In this document: piece by piece, positions 57,352-64,000 of the stretch | How the letters are laid out: each line of letters begins with the position of its first letter | Numbering within the stretch: the first letter of the stretch is position 1 | Source of the DNA: Candidatus Harrisonbacteria bacterium | GTDB lineage: Bacteria; Patescibacteriota; Minisyncoccia; UBA6257; 1-14-0-10-40-38 | Direction: 5' to 3' | Length of the DNA stretch: 64,000 bases | Assembly: GCA_023245035.1 (NCBI GenBank) | Contig: JAHFLD010000001.1 | Coordinates: forward strand, 83,285 to 147,284 | Position numbers and translations under genes: made by a program | Notes under the pieces: model-generated | Told to the model about the DNA's origin: nothing | Databases searched by the model: none | Seen by the model: the letters and a program-made list of their open reading frames with translations, nothing else

Positions 57352-58620
57352 CTAACGCCAAACGAGAGGTAATTTTCTGATCAATCCATTTTCCACGAAC
57401 TTATCCAGATAGTCTTTGACCACGGAAAATTCCATTCCTAATTCCTCGGCAATCTCAAAAACACTCTGCCGGCCCTCAAGTCGCAACATAATTTGCTCCA
57501 GAAATTGGTTGAGTTTTTTATTATTCCGCCAGTCTACCCAAAGACCATATCGCGAAAGGAAAACCGGTCCTTTAAAAAGACGCTGCGGAACATAGTCTTC
57601 TTCAATCACGCGCAGCACGGCCAAAACCAAATCGCGTGAAGCCACAAGACGTTCCTCGGTGATAATCGCCGGAGTATCGTCGCTAGTGTGATATTCGGGG
57701 TAATGAGGAAATCCGGGCTTGGCCCGGCTAAGTGAGATCATCGGTACATCCACGCCCGGTCCATTGAAAGCCATTTCATCGTTGCCGACTATGGAGCGAA
57801 ATGGTCCGATAATATGATTCGGCGCTTGGGTTGCAAGAACTGCTTGTGCCACTCGATCAAGATAAGTCTTTCCCTGAAGAGTGTGTTGCAAAGCGAAGGG
57901 CTGGTTATTGCCGAGCATCTCCAAAAAGATTCCCGCCTTAAAACCCGGAACCAATTTTTCGTTTTGACTCAAGTAAGCAATGGAACCGATAGTCTCTGGA
58001 ACGAACAGAAGGCGATAAGTAAAATGCGGTTTTTTAACGGCGAGCTCCTTCGCTAGATCAACCAAAACCGCCACGCCCGAAAGATCGTCATTGGCTTGTC
58101 CCGGGTGGCAAAGGTGGGCCACTAGAGCAATCGTCTCCTCTGTTTTGCCCTTAATCAGACATTCGCCAACGCTTAAGTTGCTTGGCTCAAAAGATGAGTC
58201 AATTAGCACGCGATATTCCGATTCAGTGAATTGAGGCAACTTTTCATGTTGTAAGCAAAATCCCCAATCGCGCTCATAATATTTAAACTCATAAGGTATG
58301 GCGTTCGGGCGATCCGGTCGAGTATGGATATGTGTCAAAAGTTCTTCACGAGACACAACGCGGTTGATCGGCAAGGAATATGAAATCACGTGCAGTGGAT
58401 GATCTTTCAAATCAAGCAACTTCTGACCGGATGTGGTTGCGATATAAGCCTCGCGCACACTCCAGCGTTCCGGAACTTTCCAAGTCCAGCATTCGGTTCC
58501 GCTGGAGTAGCGCAGAATCTTAAGCGGAATTTGCCGGCCGATGTATTCCAAAGCTTCATCAAAACCAGCTGAAACCAAGTCGCGCCGCTTTAGATATAAG
58601 TCCTCAATTAGTTGTTTCAT
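57352..58620 (-). CDS. M28-peptidase-like (DUF2172/DUF4910-type aminopeptidase-like domain) protein with a C-terminal winged-helix domain
   Basis: Zn-ligand-like motifs of the M28 fold (HLCHPG, NDDLSG, VPETIG, YHTSDD). C-terminal wHTH-like segment (VFEIAEELGMEFSVVKDYLDKFVENGLIRK). Start uncertain, placed at the internal Met so as not to overlap the divergent formyltransferase. Confidence 0.6.
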   Translation of the reverse strand: MKQLIEDLYLKRRDLVSAGFDEALEYIGRQIPLKILRYSSGTECWTWKVPERWSVREAYIATTSGQKLLDLKDHPLHVISYSLPINRVVSREELLTHIHTRPDRPNAIPYEFKYYERDWGFCLQHEKLPQFTESEYRVLIDSSFEPSNLSVGECLIKGKTEETIALVAHLCHPGQANDDLSGVAVLVDLAKELAVKKPHFTYRLLFVPETIGSIAYLSQNEKLVPGFKAGIFLEMLGNNQPFALQHTLQGKTYLDRVAQAVLATQAPNHIIGPFRSIVGNDEMAFNGPGVDVPMISLSRAKPGFPHYPEYHTSDDTPAIITEERLVASRDLVLAVLRVIEEDYVPQRLFKGPVFLSRYGLWVDWRNNKKLNQFLEQIMLRLEGRQSVFEIAEELGMEFSVVKDYLDKFVENGLIRKLPLVWR

Positions 58621-58714
58621 TTCCTTGATGTAACTATACGCATCTGACCAAGCGTTAACAATAGAACCCGCGATTGGGTCTATGAAGTTTGTACCTTTAC
58701 AATCGGAGATCTCC

Positions 58715-59428
58715 ATGAAAATTGCCCTCCTCATGACCGAAGAAAACATTGTCGGTCGAGAGATTCTACTGCACGCTTTGAAAGCCGAACCAGCCGTGAA
58801 AATAGGTCTAGTGATCGTTGAAATAGGTGAACGAGCCAACAAAGAAAAGGTCTACCTCAGAAATGACTTTCACAATCCGCCAACTTTTGCAGAAGCGCTC
58901 AACTTGCTCCGAAAGAAAAACGCAGCGGCAGATCATACGACGATAGTGGTTCAAACCGGAAATCTGAACAACGACGCCGTCGCTCGTTGCTTGCTGGAAT
59001 ATAGCCCAGATTTGATCTTGTTGGACGGATCCACGATCATCAAGAAAAAAATTTTTGAAACGGCGAGGATTGGCGCGGTTAACTCTCACCCGGGTCTTCT
59101 GCCAAAGTATCGTGGTGTTGATTCAGTTCGCTGGGCGATATATCACGGCGATCCAGTCGGAACCACCTGCCATCTGGTAAATGATGGCATTGATACTGGC
59201 CCCATTCTTCTAATGGAAGAAGTGCCCTACGAAAAAGGAATGTCGCTGCTAGAGATTCGTGTCAGCGCAATGATCGCCGGTGTTCGTCTGATGATTGATG
59301 CCGTACAAAGACTGGCAGATGGAGTGTTGTCTCCTAAATCGCAATCCAACGAAGGTGCCAACTACTTTTCCTGGGCTCCAGTAGAAGTTCAAAATGCTGT
59401 TGAAGCCAAGCTATCAGTGAACACCTAA
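58715..59428 (+). CDS. formyltransferase-family protein (Fmt/PurN/ArnA-N-like; candidate sugar N-formyltransferase)
   Basis: Formyl_trans_N signature (VNSHPGLLPKYRGVDSVRWAIYHGDPVGTTCHLVNDGIDTGPIL). Start placed at the internal Met (MKIALLMTE). Confidence 0.8.
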   Translation: MKIALLMTEENIVGREILLHALKAEPAVKIGLVIVEIGERANKEKVYLRNDFHNPPTFAEALNLLRKKNAAADHTTIVVQTGNLNNDAVARCLLEYSPDLILLDGSTIIKKKIFETARIGAVNSHPGLLPKYRGVDSVRWAIYHGDPVGTTCHLVNDGIDTGPILLMEEVPYEKGMSLLEIRVSAMIAGVRLMIDAVQRLADGVLSPKSQSNEGANYFSWAPVEVQNAVEAKLSVNT

Positions 59429-59450
59429 GCCCCTTACCGGGGCTTTTTTA
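59428..59450 (+). terminator. rho-independent terminator
   Basis: aagcccc ttacc ggggctt followed by ttttat, immediately after the formyltransferase stop. Confidence 0.6.
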
Positions 59451-59534
59451 TAGTCAGCTCTGGTAGTTCATGTTATCGTGAAGTTAACCTCGATTTTTTT
59501 TATGGGTAAATCAGTGTCTAATCACCGTCGTCTT

Positions 59535-60614
59535 ATGAAACTAACCAAAAAAATCATTATCGCCGCCCATGATGCCGGCGGCATGGACTCACTCATACCG
59601 GTTATCGGTAAATTATTTCAAGATTCGTCCTACGAAGTCACTTGTCTGGTACACGGCCCGGCCAAAAAATTATTGGATCAGCGCCAGTATCGCTATGCTG
59701 ATGCCGACACCTTAAGCGACGCCGAACTTGAAATGTTGGTTGTGGATGTCGCACCCGATGTAATTCTAACCGGAACAAGTAGCGGCCTGACCATTGAAAA
59801 GAAGCTTCTCAAAATCGCTCAAGCCAAAAAAATTCCCACCGTCGCCATTATTGATTTTTGGATTAACTACAATCTCCAATTTAGTTTTGCCGCGAAAGGC
59901 AAAGCCAAAGCAGTCGACCTACCCGATTTAATTTTGGTCATGGATGATCTAGCTAAGCGCGAAATGATTGCCGAAGGATTTCCGGAAGAGAAAATTGTCA
60001 TCACCGGCAACCCTCATTTTGAAAGTTTCAAAATATTCCCCCCGCCGCCGGTGGAAAATCAGAACATCGTTTTTATTGATCAGGGTTTTTCCGGTCTCTA
60101 TCACGAGGGGTTCCACGAAAATATGGGTTTTGACGAAATCGAAGTCATGCGTGATTTAATCCGCGCGCTTTCGGAAATGGGCTTCGCTGGAAAAGTTATA
60201 GTCAAATTTCATCCCGCCACTCAAAACCGCGCCAAATATGATGCCCTAGTAAAACCGACTTCAATTAAAATTGAACTGGACAGCAAAGACACCCTCGAAA
60301 AATCTTTAGCCGAAAGCCGACTGGTAGTTGGTATGACCTCCATGGCGCTTTTCGAAGCGGCGCTTGGCGGTAAGATTGTTATCAGTTATCAACCCCATCC
60401 CGCCCGACTGCCTGATCCGCTTATCAGCAATCGACTTGGCCTTTCTCATTTCGCCTACAATTACGGCGACTTCAAAAAAATATTAACCAAAACATTATTG
60501 GGCAAAGCCAAACAAGAAATTAATCAATCACTCATTGACCAATACACCAAAAACCACGCCACCCTAAAAGTGATTGAAGAAATCGAAAAACTTATCGCCG
60601 TAAAGAAAGATTAG
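59535..60614 (+). CDS. GT-B-fold enzyme (PseG/MurG-like UDP-sugar hydrolase or glycosyltransferase)
   Basis: N-terminal Rossmann strand (KKIIIAAHDAGGMDSLI). C-terminal GT-B nucleotide-binding-like segment (MTSMALFEAALGGKIVISYQP). Position between the formyltransferase and a cytidylyltransferase. Start uncertain (GTG 59478, ATG 59502 or ATG 59535). Confidence 0.45.
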   Translation: MKLTKKIIIAAHDAGGMDSLIPVIGKLFQDSSYEVTCLVHGPAKKLLDQRQYRYADADTLSDAELEMLVVDVAPDVILTGTSSGLTIEKKLLKIAQAKKIPTVAIIDFWINYNLQFSFAAKGKAKAVDLPDLILVMDDLAKREMIAEGFPEEKIVITGNPHFESFKIFPPPPVENQNIVFIDQGFSGLYHEGFHENMGFDEIEVMRDLIRALSEMGFAGKVIVKFHPATQNRAKYDALVKPTSIKIELDSKDTLEKSLAESRLVVGMTSMALFEAALGGKIVISYQPHPARLPDPLISNRLGLSHFAYNYGDFKKILTKTLLGKAKQEINQSLIDQYTKNHATLKVIEEIEKLIAVKKD

Positions 60615-60652
60615 TTAGGAAACTACAACGGCATTTATTAAGTTAGACTGGT

Positions 60653-61399
60653 ATGCCAAATATCGTCTGCATTATCCAAGCTCGCAGTGGTTCTACCCGC
60701 TTGCCGAATAAGGTATTCTTACAGCTCCAAGGTAAAGCCATTCTGCTTCGCGTGATTGATCGTGTGCTGGAGTCAAAACGAATCAATCAAATTGTTGTGG
60801 CAACAACCGTAAAACCAAACGATGAAAAAATCGTTGACCTCGTCAAAAATTATAATCCCAAAGTAAGTGTGACCCGTGGTTCCGAAGAAGACGTTCTTGA
60901 TCGCTATTACCAGGCGGCCAAGGGAGTAAGCGCCGACATCGTCGTTCGCGTTACCTCCGACAACCCCTGTCTTGATCCCGAGGTAATGGATCAGGCGATC
61001 GAACTTTTTTTGAGCGATCCAAAAATGGATTATGTCTCCAACAACATCGGCGAACACACCTATCCCCGCGGACTTGATATCGAAGTCATCCGCTTTTCAA
61101 CTCTCGAGAGTCTTTGGAAAACGACAACCGAACCAATTGACCGCGAGCACGTGACCATTCACCTTAAGCGCTTTCCGGATCACTACGTTTGGAAAACACT
61201 CAAAAACAGCGAAGACCTCTCTGTCTATCGTTTCACCGTAGACGAAGATGTTGACTACAAACTAGTCGAACAAGTCTACAATGAACTCTTTCCTCAAAAT
61301 CCCAACTTTCGCCTCAAGGATATTATTGCCTTGATGCGGAACCGTCCCGAACTCGCAAAAATCAATCAACAAGTTGAGCAACAAAACAAAAAATACTAA
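60653..61399 (+). CDS. acylneuraminate/nonulosonate cytidylyltransferase family (SpsF/PseF-like)
   Basis: IVCIIQARSGSTRLPNKVFLQLQGKAIL matches the CTP_transf_3 N-terminus. Confidence 0.75.
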   Translation: MPNIVCIIQARSGSTRLPNKVFLQLQGKAILLRVIDRVLESKRINQIVVATTVKPNDEKIVDLVKNYNPKVSVTRGSEEDVLDRYYQAAKGVSADIVVRVTSDNPCLDPEVMDQAIELFLSDPKMDYVSNNIGEHTYPRGLDIEVIRFSTLESLWKTTTEPIDREHVTIHLKRFPDHYVWKTLKNSEDLSVYRFTVDEDVDYKLVEQVYNELFPQNPNFRLKDIIALMRNRPELAKINQQVEQQNKKY

Positions 61400-61450
61400 G
61401 GTAGCAAGGCAGATAACCTCATAAGCCCTTTCAGAGGTTGTATTAAAACA

Positions 61451-62785
61451 ATGACTAAACGAGATAAGCTAGCTCTTCTAGGCGGCAATCCGACTCTAAA
61501 GAAATCGGTTTCTGCCTACAATACCATCGGTTCAGAGGAAAAAGCCGCCGCGTTGCGGGTCATGAACAGCAAAAACCTCTCAGGTTTTTTGGGCCGCGCC
61601 GGCGATCGCTTTCGCGGCGGTCCGGAGGTTCGCGCCTTTGAAGAAAATTTTGAAAAAAAATTTGGCGTTAAGCACGCCATAAGCTTTAACTCCGCCACTA
61701 CCGCCCTCCAGGCCGCCGTTGGCGCGCTCGGTATCGGTCCCGGTGACGAAGTTATTACCACGCCGATGACGATGCCGGCCACAGCCACAGCTGTTCTGTT
61801 TAACGGCGCCGTTCCGGTTTTTGCGGATATAAATGAAAAAAATTATTGCCTTGACCCGCAGTCGGTGGCCAAAAAAATAAACTCTCGCACCAAGGCGATT
61901 TTTGTTGTTAATCTCTTTGGCACTCCGGCTGATTACGATGCCTTGCGCCTCATCGCCAAGCGCCACAATCTCAAAATTATTGAAGACAACGCCCAAGCGG
62001 CCGGCGCCAAATACAAAGGGCGGTTTGCGGGAACGATCGGGGATATTGGCGTTTGGAGTTTTAACGTCCACAAGATTATCCAATCTGGCGAAGGCGGTAT
62101 GCTCACTACGAACGATGATGGCTATGCCTACCGAGCCGAACTGATTCGTAATCATGGCGAAGCAGTCGTAGATGATATCTGGGAGACTAAGCCGGAGGAG
62201 CGGGAACTTGTCGCGGGAAGTAATTTTCGGCTAAGCGAACTTCACGCGGCGATTATGGGCGCCCAGCTGGCCAAGTTAGATGATCTAATTGCGAGTAGAA
62301 TTCATCTCGCGGCCTATCTGACAAAAAAAATAAAAGCGTCTGGCATAAAATGGTTGATTCCATTTGAATTAGTCAAAGGCGCTGTCAGTGCTCATTATCT
62401 TTATCCATTGCGCCTGCAAACTAAAATTATCGGTCTCCAGCGCGCAACTATCGCCAAGGCGCTGGCCGCTGAAGGTTTTACTTTGCAAGAAGGCTATCAA
62501 AAGCCGCTCTATCTGATGCCGATTTTCCAAGCCAAGAGAATCTTCCCCCGAACTCAATTTCCTTTTATCTCTCGCGAATTTCCTCACCCGAATCTAGATT
62601 ACAAACCCGGGTTGTGTCCGGTAGCTGAGCGTCTTTATGGGGAAGAGCTGGTAATGTCGAAATTGTGCCAACCGCCTCACACCACCCAACACATTGATGC
62701 TTTTATGGAAGCTATCAAGAAAATATCCGCTAACGCCGGCGAACTGAAGAAGTGGGAAACGGCGCAAAAGATCGCCAACCCTTAA
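61451..62785 (+). CDS. DegT/DnrJ/EryC1/StrS-family PLP-dependent sugar aminotransferase (PseC/LegC-like)
   Basis: PLP-lysine region (SFNVHKIIQSGEGGMLTT) and overall family conservation. 444 aa. Confidence 0.85.
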   Translation: MTKRDKLALLGGNPTLKKSVSAYNTIGSEEKAAALRVMNSKNLSGFLGRAGDRFRGGPEVRAFEENFEKKFGVKHAISFNSATTALQAAVGALGIGPGDEVITTPMTMPATATAVLFNGAVPVFADINEKNYCLDPQSVAKKINSRTKAIFVVNLFGTPADYDALRLIAKRHNLKIIEDNAQAAGAKYKGRFAGTIGDIGVWSFNVHKIIQSGEGGMLTTNDDGYAYRAELIRNHGEAVVDDIWETKPEERELVAGSNFRLSELHAAIMGAQLAKLDDLIASRIHLAAYLTKKIKASGIKWLIPFELVKGAVSAHYLYPLRLQTKIIGLQRATIAKALAAEGFTLQEGYQKPLYLMPIFQAKRIFPRTQFPFISREFPHPNLDYKPGLCPVAERLYGEELVMSKLCQPPHTTQHIDAFMEAIKKISANAGELKKWETAQKIANP

Positions 62786-62806
62786 ATTTTTTTGAGTAAA
62801 ATATCT

Positions 62807-64000
62807 ATGCTAGAAATTAATCTTGGCCCAATCAAAATCGGCAAAAATCATCCCTGTTTTATCGTGGCCGAAGCCGGAGCTAATCACGATGGGGATTTTA
62901 ATAAGGCCAAACAGCTTGTTGATGCCGCCGCCGAGACCAAGGCCAGCGCCATAAAATTTCAGCATTACACCGCCGGCAAACTCGCCTCCAAAGAAGCCAA
63001 GCGTTATTGGTTTGTTCACGGCGACGCCCAAGGCTATCAATTCGACCCCAATACCTACAAAGAATCTCAAATTGAAACCTTTAACAAAATTGACGGCATC
63101 CCGCGCGACAAAGACGCCGAACTCATCGCCTACGCCACAAAAAAAGGAATCGCTACCTTCTCCACGCCTTTTGATTTTGAATCGGTTGATCATTTGGACT
63201 CCCTTGGTACCCCGATGTTCAAAATCGCCTCCGGCGATCTGACCTATCACGATTTCTTGCGTTATGTATCCAGCAAGGGTAAGCCGGTCATTTTATCAAC
63301 CGGCGCCGCTACCATGGAAGAAATTCACGCCGCGGTGCGCGTTATCAAATCCACCGGCAATAATCAAATCATTCTTTTGCACTGCACCTTGGCCTATCCG
63401 ACCCCGTTGGAACACGCCAATCTCCGCATGATGAAAAACCTGGAGCAGGAATTTCCCGACTGTCTAATTGGCCTTTCCGATCACACGCCGGGAGTTGAAG
63501 CCGACGTAGCCGCCGCCATGCTGGGCGCGGTCATGATTGAAAAACATTTCACGCATACCCCGGGTCATGCGGCGGGGGACGATAAGGTCGGCGACAGCCC
63601 CGATCACGATATTGGCATCGGTAAAAAAGAATTTACCGAACTTGTCCGGCGCGTCCGGGAGAACGAGTCCAAAAAAATCGGCGTCGCCTTTGGCTTGAGC
63701 TACCAAGCAGCGGTAGCCAAAATTGAGCAAGGAAAATTTCCTCAAGTTCTAGGTTCGTCTGCGTCTAAAGATATTGATTCCAAAGTTGAACTCAAAGCCC
63801 GAGCCCAAGCTCGTCGTAGTGTCGTCGCGGGGCGAATGATTAAAGGCGGTACCGTTATTACTCAAGTCATGCTCGGCGACGGTACCTTTGTAGTTAAGCG
63901 TCCGGGTACAGGCATCCCTCCTTACGCGATATCCACCCTTATTGGCAAGGTAATTAAAAACGATGTAACCGCCGACACGGTTCTAATCAGCGACCACTTC
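62807..64000 (+). CDS. NeuB-family nonulosonic acid synthase (sialic/pseudaminic/legionaminic acid synthase-like), 3' end beyond the window
   Basis: NeuB signature (IGKNHPCFIVAEAGANHDGD, FSTPFDFESVDHLDSLG, LLHCTLAYPTP, GLSDHTPG) and the start of a C-terminal SAF domain. No stop codon within the window. Confidence 0.85.
   Translation, partial: MLEINLGPIKIGKNHPCFIVAEAGANHDGDFNKAKQLVDAAAETKASAIKFQHYTAGKLASKEAKRYWFVHGDAQGYQFDPNTYKESQIETFNKIDGIPRDKDAELIAYATKKGIATFSTPFDFESVDHLDSLGTPMFKIASGDLTYHDFLRYVSSKGKPVILSTGAATMEEIHAAVRVIKSTGNNQIILLHCTLAYPTPLEHANLRMMKNLEQEFPDCLIGLSDHTPGVEADVAAAMLGAVMIEKHFTHTPGHAAGDDKVGDSPDHDIGIGKKEFTELVRRVRENESKKIGVAFGLSYQAAVAKIEQGKFPQVLGSSASKDIDSKVELKARAQARRSVVAGRMIKGGTVITQVMLGDGTFVVKRPGTGIPPYAISTLIGKVIKNDVTADTVLISDHF

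Noticed and set aside
1-64000. Search for tRNA, rRNA, transposase or integrase genes
   Set aside because: No GTTCGAATC-type T-arm signatures, no rRNA-like stretches and no DDE/tyrosine-recombinase ORFs were found by eye. A tRNAscan/cmscan run would be needed to be sure.

Overview
This 64 kb window reads as a bacterial chromosomal segment in two parts. The lineage cannot be decided from sequence alone. The gene content (rny, rodZ, ftsK, HU, PMT/ArnT-like GT-C enzymes, giant Thr/Ser-rich surface protein) fits a monoderm or CPR-like uncultivated bacterium.

The left ~22 kb holds housekeeping and envelope genes. On the minus strand there is a syntenic run of ftsK, a rodZ-like gene, recA, rny and hup. 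On the plus strand there is an ECF sigma / anti-sigma / secreted-protein triad, a frameshifted phosphomannomutase, cysteine desulfurase, an HtrA-type protease, clpB, and an unusual Cys-repeat and Met/Gly/Pro-rich secreted protein. Two non-coding regions stand out. One is a highly structured ~300-nt element between recA and rny, containing a duplicated stem-loop with compensatory changes. The other is a small, compositionally atypical GC-rich insert at 10.1-11.4 kb. This insert has its own near-consensus promoter, an orphan ORF, a terminator and an ~85-bp tandem duplication carrying TTCGCATC/TTCGTA iteron-like motifs.

The right ~42 kb (22.3 kb to the window end) is dominated by a 1221-aa secreted Thr/Ser/Gly-rich surface protein with an N-terminal peptidoglycan-binding domain. 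Immediately downstream lies a very large glycan-biosynthesis supercluster: at least 9 GT4, 2 small GT2 (one membrane-anchored ArnC/DPM1-like) and 2 PMT/ArnT-like GT-C transferases, and a flippase-like membrane protein. The same cluster also encodes WecB, GalU, Gmd, a zinc-ribbon C-methyltransferase, a B12-binding radical SAM enzyme, two DegT aminotransferases, a separate sugar N-formyltransferase and SDR dehydratase in an ArnA-split arrangement, a GNAT acyltransferase, three NUDIX hydrolases, a DUF4910/M28-like protein with a winged helix, and a nonulosonic-acid module (PseG-like, cytidylyltransferase, aminotransferase, NeuB-like synthase truncated by the window end).

My main hypothesis is that this is a polyprenyl-phosphate-dependent extracytoplasmic glycosylation system for the adjacent surface (S-layer-like) protein, decorated with rare C-methylated, N-formylated and nonulosonic sugars. 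No tRNA, rRNA, CRISPR array or transposase/integrase was recognised.
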